This document shows, one piece after another, positions 38,971 to 50,675 of a stretch of 64,000 bases of DNA (within the stretch, counting starts at the first letter, position 1; each line of letters opens with the position of its first letter). The notes below the pieces were generated by a model. That model searched no databases, was not told where the DNA came from, and saw nothing but the letters and a program-made list of their open reading frames with translations. The stretch is taken from NCBI GenBank assembly GCA_040954595.2, contig CM082587.2:9987403-10051402 (forward strand), given 5' to 3'. The position numbers were made by a program, and so were the translations under genes. The DNA is from Balanoglossus misakiensis. Taxonomy: Eukaryota; Animalia; Hemichordata.

Positions 38971-41363
38971 ATATATAATACTTATTTCCTAAAGATGAAA
39001 ATCTGATAAAATTGTGTCAAGAATGTTGCAACACAATTTTGCAACACAATAAGGCAATAAAGTTTGTTATCTGAACTGAATAGGGAAGATGTTTTCTTTT
39101 TTTTCTGAATTTTCTGAATGTTAGTGTTGTGGTCATTATGGTCAGTCACAGATATAAATCCTACTTCAAATACATACTCTTTCTGTAGCAATTATGACAT
39201 CAAAGAGACTGTAAAAATACAAATTTGGACCATAGAGAGTGTTGCACAGATCAAAATATTGGTCTGGGTCACAAAGCAAAATGATTCATTTCCGTATGAG
39301 AACCAAAATGCAGAATTGGCCATACCAAAAGAAAACTTTACAAGCGGCATTTTTTTTTCTTTGGTCATCTTCCATTTTATACGGATGGGAGATTTGGGAT
39401 CAGTCGCCTTCCATCTTTATGTATCTGTGCATTGCATGTATGGTATTTATGTGTGTGTGTATATATATATGAGTGAATGTTTTTCCATCTTTTATGTAAA
39501 ATTCAAAGAGAAAGGCCTGGGGACTGTGAGTGCACACCGGGTAAAAAAGAATTCCACTACATTTGCATTTGAGTCAGTAAGTGTGATACAGTCGAGTTTG
39601 AATCCCTGATGGTAATTTGGTGGCTTTATTGGCATTTTTAATTGAAGAAGTACAATTTGGGGCAAACTTTGTATGTTAATTTCTGGCAAAAATTGCTGCT
39701 TGTAAAGTTTTCTTTTAGTATGGCAAACTTATTTTCTCAGGAATTCCCAATTCTGGATTTTAATTACAAATCCTTCATCTGAGATTAGATTGATATATGG
39801 GACATTGTTATATACTGCTGCTGTGAAGGTGGCCATTCAAATTTCCCTCCGACGAACGTCATTTCCAACATTGCACTCTTTCAGTTATCCCAATTTTGAA
39901 GTTACCAAGACTAAGCCTAAAATTTAATAATCAAGATGAAGAAACCATATTAAATTGACATGTAGCTTTTTTCAATCGATTTTTTGGTTGGCTGAAATGT
40001 ACCATGGATCAAACTTGCATATGCACTCATACTTAGGGTTTATAATACCTATATAATACTTCAGTGCATACATCTGTATATGATGATTTCCCAACAGTTG
40101 CAGCTGATGGAGCTTCAACATACTTCAGGCAAAATGCTAAGTTCTATTGATGTACCCGAAACATGTAATTATCTCAAACAGCGCCCTCACCATCAGTATA
40201 AACTACGACTTCTTTCTTCTTTCTCAATTCAGGATGATGAGTCATCATCATAGTATTCTCACGTGGATTATAATCGTCGCCTATTTTTCCTTTAGTCGAT
40301 TACTTTTTATCATTCAAGCGACACATATTAAAACCTGATAACTTCTAGCCTTTTCAAAAATACTAATTCTACTAAGCCAAATGAAGTAATGAAGTAATAC
40401 ATTAATATAAGAAATTGCCACCTGGTCAGTGTTTCCAGCTTTGGGGGGGGGGGGGGATACCCTGTTTTTGAAACACTCGAGGTTAGTGTGTTTTAAATGC
40501 TCGATATATTATAAGACGCATACAATCACCACCTGAGGAGGTTCTTGTATAAAATCATAAACATACGCTTCATGATGACACATTGGCCAAAATTGTAGAA
40601 ATAAGAAAAGGTCCACTCCCACATATTCTTGGGTGTCTGTGCTTTTTTCGCAGCGCCCAGGAAACCCTAAAAGAGTTTGCACTATGTAACATGACCCAAA
40701 TGAGGGTTTAATCTACAAATGTTCACTATCAAAAATTATACGTAAGAAATTGTAAAGTAATTCAAAATACATATGCAGCTATTTGTCGGAACATATCTGT
40801 GGAGCATCTCACTTTATGTTGAGCTGTTTAGCAGTACTTAACTGCATAAAGACATTGTTCGGTCTAAATTTGTTATGTAACCCATTTTGACGAGTGTTTT
40901 AAAACTCAATTAATTAAATTTTGCTTTGCCTCAAAACTATGCCATAATGCTTCATTGCTTTCAAACACTTTGGCTCATACTAAGGGACCGTTAAGTTTTT
41001 ACAGCCTGAGGGCCGGCAAAATCCAGGGGTGAGTCACTTAAAGTTTGAAATCCAAATCATCTTTATTTTCGAAACGTTTGAGGGGTCACATACTTTTGCC
41101 CCCCCCCCCCAGTTTTGCGCTTGCGTCCACAAAAATGCAGTTTTGAGCCCTTTATTTTACAAAATTTTCTAATGTGGGAGGGGGGCACCCCATTCCCACA
41201 CCAACACACCTACCCCATTCTTCACCACATTTCATTTATTGGCTTATTCAAAGCCTTATCACATAGCGAGATTATTACGCCATGAATATTCATAAGACCA
41301 GTGTATATAAGTAAGAAGAGAATGCTACTTGTGGCCAATCCCTTGCTTCCAGACTTAGAAGTG

Positions 41364-42996
41364 ATGATGACTGACGGACGCAGTAATACTCCGGCTACCA
41401 CAAGCTTGCCTTTATCGGCTACCACGGCCACTTTTACACAGGCTCATGTAGCAGGGCCTTCAGCTAGTCAAGGCAGCTCTACACGTGTTTCGGTGCAAGT
41501 CCCGGAAGGCGCAGCTTCTCAGGCTCAGGTGGTGGCAGGCGATACGCCCGCTCAGCATAATAATAGGGATGGCCAAGATCAGCGTTTATCGCAGCAGCAG
41601 GTAATTATCAGTTTCTGGCTCATTAGCGGAATGTAAATGTCCTTCGGTCTTTGGCTAGGTTTTGTACATACATGTTTCATCGGCCATATTTTGGTCGGTT
41701 TAGTTCGATTATGTTGTTATATTTATTGGGTGTACTGTTAACACTATTGTGCAATAGTAGGCGCTCTGGGAGCACCAGGTGGAGTTGCACGAATATGTTA
41801 TTATGGATGGTGCAATAGTAGGCGCTCTGGGAGCACCAGGTGGAGTTGCACGAATATGTTATTATGGATGGTGCAATAGTAGGCGCTCTGGGAGCACCAG
41901 GTGGAGTTGCACGAATATGTTATTATGGATGGTGCAATAGTAGGCGCTCTGGGAGCACCAGGTGGAGTTGCACGAATATGTTACTGTGGTGGCACAATAG
42001 GTGTTCTGTGAGCACTGGGCGGAGCTGCATGAACATTGTTCATGTAGTGGAGAGCAATAAAGGAATATGCGGGGAGCATCGTAGAGTGTGTTAAAAAAAA
42101 AAAAAAGCATTCGACTGAAGTTCCATGCAATGTTTGATATTCTGTACAACGGTTGGAATGACGGAATGTGTGCAAGGAGTGCGTAATTAGGTAGATTTGC
42201 ATATGAATGGGTAACAGTTATTTTAGAGCCACGCATACAATGGACATTGTTTAAGGCATGCCAGGTGGGGCGTGCATTCAAAAGATACCATATGGTTGTG
42301 GAGTGCTCCTGTGAATTTGCATAAGTTCTTTCTATTGTTCTGTATGCTCATAGTATCATGCATGTTGTTTTGTGGAATACGGTCATGATATTGGGTGTGA
42401 CTTCGAATGTAGCCGAAATGGTGTCTGGTAGTGGAATTGTCTTACGCATGGGATATTGTAAAGTAACACTGTTAGATGATATCAGGATGTGACGTTGACT
42501 GATATATTTGCCTGAATTGTTTCAGGTTAATGAGAAGTTGACACTGCTAATGAAGAAAGTTGACAAAATCGAAGAAACAGCGGGTGTAGCATCTGTAGAT
42601 GAAGCCTTGCATAAAGTGATGGAATTCGCGCATACCCCAGCCTTCTCATCAAGACCACAGGTGTTGAGTGCTCTACGTACGTTGGTGGATAGAGCTACTT
42701 TGGTGTCGCATCCTAAGCTGCAGAGATTTCGAGCTGTATTGTCGCAGTTTGAAGCGAATGATTTTGGAGAGGACGCTGGACGCTTGATCATTCTGTTACT
42801 GGGTAACAAAGAGGAAGAAGAGATTGCGTCGAAAGTTTCAAAATTCTTAAAACACAGGCCTTCCAACGATCGTTTTCGTCCGTATGGCCGAGGAAGGAGA
42901 AGGCAATCGTATGGGAAAGATTTCCGATGTTTTAGATGTGGCCAGCCTGGTCATTTTGCCCGCAATTGTCGAATGAAGCCAGATCAGGAAACGTGA
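41364..42996 (+). CDS. Spliced Gag with CCHC zinc knuckle (exons 41364-41600, 42526-42996)
   Basis: CAG|GTAATT donor and TTGTTTCAG|G acceptor, both phase 0; CFRCGQPGHFARNC. Confidence 0.75.
41749..42030. repeat. 61-bp tandem repeat (about 4 copies plus a degenerate one) inside the predicted gag intron
   Basis: GTGCAATAGTAGGCGCTCTGGGAGCACCAGGTGGAGTTGCACGAATATGTTATTATGGATG units. Confidence 0.95.
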
Positions 42997-43261
42997 ATTT
43001 GTCTTGTAATTCAGTGACTGTAATGACGTTATTTTGGGATACATAATGAAATAAATACACCCGTCTTTATTGTATGCTGCATATTTGTTTATTTGTGTTG
43101 ACGAATGATAAGTACATGTCCCATGTTTGAAGATTTGCATGTACGTATGCATATATATAATGTGGTTTAGGTTACCTCTCGATGGGAGGGGCCTTAACTA
43201 GGCTCTTTGCTTTTGCAACCTGCCATTTGTAGGATCCTGTCGAGGGGCGCCCCCACATTTC

Positions 43262-45484
43262 ATGACGGTTGATATCACCGTTTTGTTGATGGAATCCTCT
43301 TTTGTTTGCTGTTGGTTTCAGCCACCAGTATGGGAAAATGACTTTATGGTGGATATGCATGCTGTCCCGAGAACCCAATATTCGTGGAGAACGCTTGGGG
43401 GCGCCCCTCGTCAGGGTCCTCACCATACCTCGCCTTCGATAGCTATGATAGCACGCGGAGTAGAGTTTGCAACTCCTGATGACTTGGTATTTCGGAATAC
43501 GGAAGATTTCATGGCCGGGCAGATACATGAACATGGTGATTATTGGGACATGATTACAGACCATATACATAACAAGAATGACATTATGGACTGGATAAGG
43601 AATCGTGTTAGTATTTCACAATATTTTACCCATTTCAAGGGGGAGTTTAAAGGGCAACAGTATGATCATGATATTCCACCCCCTAGGGTGTTTCAGAATC
43701 ATCCGAATTGTCGTCAGCATGGTCGGTTTATCGCTCAGACTATCGCTGAACGTGTTAAAGCTGGAGCAGTATCAGTTTGGGGGTTGGTTGGTCGCCACCA
43801 ACCTCCTTATTTGGTTATGCCGATTTCGGTTGAACCGTCTAAACCGCGTATGTGTATTGACATGCGCTTTCTTAATCTATGGACGGAACCTCGTCCGTTC
43901 CACTTAGATAAGCTTTTTGAAGTCACTAGATACTTGGCTGAAGGCGATTTTCAGTTTAAGTGTGATGATAAGAGTGGGTACGACCACGTTTTAATACGAC
44001 ATACTGATAGAATGTATGTAGGATTTCAATGGGCGGGGGTGTGGTATGTGAATAATTCATTACCTTTTGGTTGGAAGTTATCGGCATATGTATATCACAC
44101 TTTGGGATATTGTGTTACTAGTTATGCTAGATTATTGGGAGTACCTTGCATTCAATATATCGATGATAGGCATGGGGGTGGATTAAAGTTGCCAGCTGAT
44201 GCAAGTTCTTCTTGGGATAGTTTGCAATGTGCACAGGCTGCAGCTTATATATTGTGTAAAATCGCTATTGATGCAGGATATTTTCTCTCTTTGGAGAAAA
44301 GTGTGTTATATCCTGTGACATCTTTGATAATGTTAGGTTTTTCAGTCGATTCGGTGAATAGATCCTTTTCTATCCCGGATGATAAAAAAACGAAGTTTTT
44401 AAATTTGCTGGAGGATGTTCTGTCACAGAGGGCAGTTCCACTTTTGACAATGCAGAAATTAATGGGGAAATGCATTTCATTTACGTTAGCATTACCATGC
44501 GCTCGGTTATATGTTCGACAAATGGCCAATGCTTGTGGGAAAGCTCAGATATCGAGTAGAGCTTTGATACCTATAAGGGGACGCTTGAAATCTGAGATTG
44601 TACAGTGGAAATCCATCTTAGATTCGGCGGGTAAATTTATTTGGCCAACCGAAAGTCATGTAGGGGTAAGGGTATTTTCTGACGCAAGTCAGTACAAATG
44701 GGGTGCGGTTATGTACGTAGCTAATAACAAGGTGGTTATAGGAGATATGTGGGATAGTAAGTGGAAAGATTTTCCCATTATAAAGAAGGAAGCAGAAGCT
44801 TTGTGTAGAGCATTGGTTGGTTTTCAAGAGCAAATTCGTAATACTCGAGTTGATGCATATATCGATGCACTTCCTATAGTACAGGCATGGAATGGGGGAA
44901 TTCCGGGAGCAAAAGATGTTGATTTGAATGAAATTTTGAAGCGTATCTTTGACTTCTGCTTTCAGCATAATGTTCGACTTACCCTTACATATATACCTTC
45001 TAAGGCTAATGATGCCGATCTACCTTCTCGATCTACATCATTGTCAAATGCTACTTTGACCGCTGTGGTATGGCAATTCCTGGAGGAAAATTTTGGTCCT
45101 CATCATATAGATGGCATGGCTGATGTTTCTAATAAGAAGTTATCTCGATATGTGTCACAGTTTCCTCAGATAGGATGTGAGGGTGTTAATTTTTTCCAGC
45201 ATGTTTTCTCAGACAAGGATACCATTTATGTGTATCCACCATTTTTCTTAGTGGCTGCGACACTTAAACATGTCATTAGTCAGAGATTACATGCCACAGT
45301 GATTGTACCGAGAGGTCGTTTTCTGGCCTCGTATTGGCCCGTTATTAATCAATTAGCAGCTGCGGTTATAAAGTTGGGTAGTCGAGGGGAAATAGGTATT
45401 ATTCAAGCCCCCTCTACTCAGGGTTATATAGATTATGAGTTGCGGTGTGACCTCTTGGCAGTCAAATTCGATTGGGATGTATAA
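43262..45484 (+). CDS. Reverse transcriptase - RNase H - DNA adenine methyltransferase-like polyprotein
   Basis: DDKSGYDH, LPFGW, YIDD; FSDAS..EAEAL..YIPSKANDADLPSR; FGPHHIDGMA..VYPPF. Confidence 0.93.
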   Translation: MTVDITVLLMESSFVCCWFQPPVWENDFMVDMHAVPRTQYSWRTLGGAPRQGPHHTSPSIAMIARGVEFATPDDLVFRNTEDFMAGQIHEHGDYWDMITDHIHNKNDIMDWIRNRVSISQYFTHFKGEFKGQQYDHDIPPPRVFQNHPNCRQHGRFIAQTIAERVKAGAVSVWGLVGRHQPPYLVMPISVEPSKPRMCIDMRFLNLWTEPRPFHLDKLFEVTRYLAEGDFQFKCDDKSGYDHVLIRHTDRMYVGFQWAGVWYVNNSLPFGWKLSAYVYHTLGYCVTSYARLLGVPCIQYIDDRHGGGLKLPADASSSWDSLQCAQAAAYILCKIAIDAGYFLSLEKSVLYPVTSLIMLGFSVDSVNRSFSIPDDKKTKFLNLLEDVLSQRAVPLLTMQKLMGKCISFTLALPCARLYVRQMANACGKAQISSRALIPIRGRLKSEIVQWKSILDSAGKFIWPTESHVGVRVFSDASQYKWGAVMYVANNKVVIGDMWDSKWKDFPIIKKEAEALCRALVGFQEQIRNTRVDAYIDALPIVQAWNGGIPGAKDVDLNEILKRIFDFCFQHNVRLTLTYIPSKANDADLPSRSTSLSNATLTAVVWQFLEENFGPHHIDGMADVSNKKLSRYVSQFPQIGCEGVNFFQHVFSDKDTIYVYPPFFLVAATLKHVISQRLHATVIVPRGRFLASYWPVINQLAAAVIKLGSRGEIGIIQAPSTQGYIDYELRCDLLAVKFDWDV

Positions 45485-45703
45485 ATCATGTAGTTGTTAC
45501 TATTTATGGGATATATGATGGGTATACAGTAAATGGTTTTTCTTCTTTGGTGAATTTGTAGTATTGCAAAAGATCGTTAGGATTTTGATAGAGATATTAT
45601 AAGTGTATCTTCTATTAATGTCAATATTATCTGGTATGAAATAAATAAAATATTTTATGTCTTAGTAGACTGATGAATGGGTGTCTCTTATGATTTCTTC
45701 TAG

Positions 45704-46972
45704 ACATGTTGGATTTGTGGTGCTTTGAATGATACAACATCTCAGTCATGTGGTGTCTGTTCATCAAAAGCGATCCAAGGAACCGGTTTAAATGACTTCA
45801 ACGGTGTTGACCTTCATCATATCGACCAACGTATCTCGGATGTATTAGGGGATCGATCTCCGTATGAGAAACAGAAAGACCGCTTAATACAAGAACTTGA
45901 GTTATTCCTTGCAAGACTCCCTGTGCCCAAGCCTGTAAGCCGAGCTAGCCCGCACGATATTGTTAGGTTTTTAGTCTTTAAGGATAAAGATGCGAAAACG
46001 CAAGTCCATCGTTACACATGTGCATACTTAGGTCAGCCTGGTCGTGCGCCATGCGGTTGTCCTAAACGTCTGAGGATAGGTTCAGCCAAAAACATGATAT
46101 CTAAGATCTCTTCATATTTTCAAGCACGACAAAAAGAAAATCCGAATCAGCGTTTTTGTAACCCCACTGATAGTATAATGGTGCAAAGGTATTTAAAGAA
46201 AATCTCTGAGGAGCAGGCACAAGCGAATGTGACAGTCAGACAGGCTAAGCCGTTATTTTTGCCGAAGGTCATTTGCGTCTTTGAGCATTTGTTAAAGTTA
46301 CTCTCTTCATGTTCGTCACCACTCTTAGCATATATATATGCTAGAGACATGGCCGTGTTTAAGCTTTTATTTTTCTCAGGTGATAGAGCAGGGGATCTGG
46401 GTCACATTAAGACACAGGAGGTTCTTCGTTTCCCCGATAATTCAGGTTTGCTTTTCAATCATACATTTGGGAAGACTCTTCGTGGATGTAATTCAAATAT
46501 GTTTGTACTTAAGAGATGTGCGGATACCCGTTTGTGTCCTGTAAATACTTTAGAGCGATATATTGATTTGTCTTTAAATCTAGGTGTAGATATCATGACT
46601 GGGTATTTGTTTAGACCCACTAAACCTAATGGTGATATAGAGAACAAACCTTTGTCATCGCAGGTTATATATCATCGGCTTAAACTTTATTTACAATCAC
46701 TTAATATGGATGAAGGTGAGACACCACACAGTCTGAGAAGTGCGTGTGCTATCACTATGTCGTTAGCGGGTGCTCACGTAGATGAAGTCATGAGTCATGT
46801 GGGTTGGAAAACTGAGAAGATGGCTGATTATTATACTAAGCTGTCAGTTGTTGCCAATATTGGCCGCCAAGGCAATAGAACGGAGGATTTGCTTGCTTCC
46901 ATGCGACATATTGAAAGGTATAATGCAACTGAGAAACTTGTTGGATTCACAAGGGCTTTTCAGGCCAAGTAA
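45704..46972 (+). CDS. Tyrosine recombinase with N-terminal C4 zinc finger and ALOG domain
   Basis: CWIC-x3-N-x6-CGVC; KTQVH..C..CGCPKRL; catalytic R (DRAGDL), K (GKT), HSLR, HVGW, YY. Confidence 0.9.
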   Translation, partial: TCWICGALNDTTSQSCGVCSSKAIQGTGLNDFNGVDLHHIDQRISDVLGDRSPYEKQKDRLIQELELFLARLPVPKPVSRASPHDIVRFLVFKDKDAKTQVHRYTCAYLGQPGRAPCGCPKRLRIGSAKNMISKISSYFQARQKENPNQRFCNPTDSIMVQRYLKKISEEQAQANVTVRQAKPLFLPKVICVFEHLLKLLSSCSSPLLAYIYARDMAVFKLLFFSGDRAGDLGHIKTQEVLRFPDNSGLLFNHTFGKTLRGCNSNMFVLKRCADTRLCPVNTLERYIDLSLNLGVDIMTGYLFRPTKPNGDIENKPLSSQVIYHRLKLYLQSLNMDEGETPHSLRSACAITMSLAGAHVDEVMSHVGWKTEKMADYYTKLSVVANIGRQGNRTEDLLASMRHIERYNATEKLVGFTRAFQAK

Positions 46973-48163
46973 AATGTGGGCGACTTTTCTGTGATCTGTT
47001 ATATTATACGCAGCTACATGGTAGTTTCAATATAATAAATAGTATATACTTGTGGCTTGGACACTCCTCTTTCGTCCGTTTCCTTATTGACGCAAACCAG
47101 TGGGGGGAGTGGGGATTGAGGTTTGAGGATTGGGGATTTAGGTGGGGGAATCTTTGAGGAGAGTTTTATAAATAATGAATATCGCGGGCAAATGGACAAC
47201 ATCAGGCTCTTTAACCCATTCCTTATAATAATAGGTATATCATTGAGCGGAGTGATTAGGCTTTAAATATTATATTATTCAAAGCCTTATCACATAGCGA
47301 GATTATTACGCCATGAATATTCATAAGACCAGTGTATATAAGTAAGAAGAGAATGCTACTTGTGGCCAATCCCTTGCTTCCAGACTTATAGAAGTTAAGA
47401 TGTAATTAGGATCGAGTACCCAGGAGGGGGATAAGGTGACTATGTAGGAGGAAGTGGGGATCGGGTAAGGTGTTCGCCCACCCGCCCACCCCCTGTTTAT
47501 CATTTCGCTCATGATTACCAACATCAGGCTCTTTAACCCATTCCTTATAATAATAGGTATATCATTGAGCGGAGTGATTAGGCTTTAAATATTATATGTT
47601 TTGTCTAGTGTACCAGGGCAGAGTACTTGCCACCCCACTCTACCGATGCTAACTTTGAGTGGCAAAAGTAACATTTGTCATCCTCAACATTGATTTAATT
47701 TGTTCTGTTCTTGTTTTACCAATTCTACCAACTATTGTATTGACTTGTCATTTTAACTTTACCGCAACACTATACTATTTTACACCTTTTATTTATAATT
47801 AAAGTGTGGGGAGCCTCTTTCCCTTTATCTACAGTGTACATAAGATGAGGACCGCGAGCACGCTCTTGGAAACAAGCCTTTTTCTTCAACAGGTAGTTGT
47901 TTAATGTTTTCGGGGGGGGGGGGTCATCATATTTTTTGCCTGTCAAAAGGGGGTTGCCATTTTTTGGTCCTTGGTGAAGGCGGGTCTGCCTGATTTTGAA
48001 AACCAATGACACAAACATGCCGACCCCCCCCCCACCCCAGCCCTAAAAACTGAACGGTCCATAAAATCAAAATCAAATGGATTAACCCTAATCTGACTTA
48101 TTTCAAAATCCGTTTATTAGGATAGCCTTCAGATGTGCAACTGAGATACGGTTCACAACTCCA

Positions 48164-48218
48164 GTGCGCGCGCGCGCGTACACACACACACACACACACG
48201 CGCGCGCGCACGCACGCA
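48164..48218. repeat. Alternating purine-pyrimidine (CG)n(CA)n tract
   Basis: Direct inspection. Confidence 0.85.
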
Positions 48219-48409
48219 AACTAAGTCTAACACTCTTTAATTTGTATCAGGGAACAGTTTAATATCATAACAACACGTACATTTGATATTTGGATGACTT
48301 TTGCTAAGAATGTGTGAAACATTTCCCCGATGTAGTTTCTTCCATTTTCCTAGTTTGCATCCAAGGCTAGACTTATGAAAACGGGCTTATCGACTCGAAC
48401 TCGGACAAA

Positions 48410-49165
48410 TAATAATCTTTACGGCCCTGATACGGGTTTTGCGGCCCGAGGTCGTACGGCGGAAGCGCCCGACCGCAGGGAGGGCGCGAATCGCCGTACG
48501 ACCGAGGGCCGCAAAACCCGTATCAGGGCCGTAAAGGTTTTATCATATGCCTTATTGAACGATAATCTACAAGAAATTAATAAAAATACACATTCTGTAA
48601 TATTTTGGAATGTAAATATTACGTTTTTATCTATCGTTTTGAAGTGATCAATCCCGTAGCATAGAGCCGTATTCCTCCAGTTCTTGCGGATTGATATGCA
48701 CGATGTCATTTGTTTACATTCTATTGCACGTGAGATATAGACGCGCTCGAACTCACACAGCCGAGCGCGAGCAAAACATTATTTTTTCTTCGCGACGATC
48801 GACGCCGACAGTCACACATTAATCAGATCAAATCATCAATTTTACTATTCATATTTCCAAATAAAGCTCTACAACATGCAGCGATTACGGAAGAGGATGT
48901 GATTCGGTAGCGGCATAGGACGTACACACACTGCAAGTGCACTAGTCACTGACACCGCACCAGAAAAATTAAATTCCGAACGTAGCAACGACAACTTTCG
49001 AATCTCGCGCAATAAACACAAAACTAGATCCGGATAGTGAACGCGTCTTCCAAATATGGTCACCGGGCCGGGGCGTGATAAGCAAAAAAACTGCACGGAT
49101 GTGAGGGCGCTTTTCCCCATAGACTTTACATTGGCACGTGAATATAGGCATATGATAACAGTTAT
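48410..49165. mobile_element. Non-autonomous Crypton-like element with a large terminal palindrome
   Basis: Palindrome 48418-48535 centred on CCGCAGG; inverted pair TTATCATATGCCT (48540) / AGGCATATGATAA (49146). Confidence 0.55.
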
Positions 49166-50675
49166 TGTTATTCGTATACATGTGAGCAGTCGTTTAGTGG
49201 AGCCATCACCAATCTCCTGTGATGGTGCCAGATGTTCGGCCACTTTAAACCCCGGTGCGGAAAGTACCGGGGGTTCGAATTAACGTGTGTTTGTATAGTT
49301 GTTTATTTGGGAGTGGTCGTCGTGCATAATGACTGTGTAATTGCTCTCATGTACACAGAAAATAATTGAACACTTTACACTTCCACGCGATTGACAACTG
49401 TTTGAATGGCGTGGTTATTGTTTCCCAGGGACGCTTCTGAAAAGCACTGAAACCAGATTTCTCCCAAAATCATCGTTGTTTCAAAAGCTCGTGTACTTTT
49501 TCGTCGATAACTTTATGTTGTGTGTGTTTATAAAGCCAACTACTGTCGTTGTGTGGTGTAATTCTTTATTCTTGGACCTGTTTGGGCCGATTTTCATAGA
49601 GCCAAGATCGTTGGTGTTGTCTGTTGTCAGTCAAACGGCATTAAAATTCGCCACTGATTTGGGGGGTCTTTTATACCCCGCACGGGGGTTTAACGTGGTG
49701 ATTAATTCAACGCCAACAACCGAAGAACCGGATAGCGATAAAACGACAGTTTGTTCGCTGTCGTGAATATTAAATATCGATGTTTTTTTTATTTCTCATG
49801 CGACATTGAACCATGTATGCGAATGTAACCTTATGTTAGACATAAATGAATACCTAAAATGTGTGTTCGTGCAAACTGAGTGTGATTTCTTTCACTCATA
49901 GTAACGTGTCTAATAATTGAACCGACGTAATTGAAAACTCAAATGAGCAGGTGAACGCAATTGATATTTATTGCTACACCACTGCAAGAAGTAACACCAA
50001 TTATTTTTTAGCCTTATGCCCGACTACCTATGATACCATACTCGACTACCCATCACGAGCGACCGTTACCCATAACCAATTATCCCTATACCCGGCCCTG
50101 CCACTTCCAACTTCACGTAATATGAGACTGTTTAACTATGCCCACATACCCCTGGCGGTGCCAATCCCAGGCCGGGGAAAGCGGAGTAGACACTCGTGCT
50201 TGTTCGAAAAGGATGTTCAACAAACGAAGACAATCTATTTTAAATATGGGACAACTTGACCAAAATCACCCACCAATATAAGAGAAGGAGTGCATTTTTC
50301 GAGCTTTGAATACCCGACAGACTCTCGCAGCCACCGGCAAGTGTTTCCGAAAAAGTATACGTATACCCTTTCCCCTTGTTTTCACGGACGATGACGATAT
50401 ACAAGAATGCCTCTTTTCCGAGATTCCCATCCTCCCTGGGATGGCAATCAACCAGGATCATTCCTGACTACTGAGCCCAGACAACAAGTCAACTGAAGAT
50501 TATGGCTGAGTACATCCACCAAGGTCGATTAATTGGACAGTGTCGTCACCTCCTTCGCCGAGTTTATGGAACTTTCTACTAAACATTGGACATTGGACTT
50601 GATTAATTTTTATTTGTTCACCTGTCAGGTTCAAAAGAATCTTTCATTCTTGTAGTTTCCTTGTATACTGTTTAA

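Larger units (their letters stand above)
41245..47597 (+). mobile_element. Full-length DIRS-order (PAT/TOC1-like) YR retrotransposon with split direct repeats
   Basis: A1 41245-41357 = A2 47276-47388; B1 47197-47275 = B2 47519-47597; gag, RT/RH/MT and YR ORFs; no TSD. Confidence 0.95.
40984..48061 (+). mobile_element. GGGACCGTT MITE copy split by the YR retrotransposon
   Basis: Left part 40984-41244 and right part 47598-48061 match 16304-17465; TAA flanks. Confidence 0.85.

Noticed and set aside
39118-39609. 163-aa ORF
   Set aside because: AT-rich, includes simple repeats, no motif.
41749-42030. CRISPR array
   Set aside because: Head-to-tail repeats without unique spacers; eukaryotic context; no cas genes.
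45725-46972. Prophage integrase or bacterial contamination
   Set aside because: Embedded in a DIRS-order element with RT and split repeats, inside a eukaryotic MITE.
41245-47597. Ngaro or canonical DIRS1 classification
   Set aside because: No inverted termini or internal complementary region (not DIRS1 sensu stricto); the MT domain argues against Ngaro. RT phylogeny is still needed.
48164-48218. Functional Z-DNA element
   Set aside because: An ordinary dinucleotide microsatellite is a sufficient explanation.
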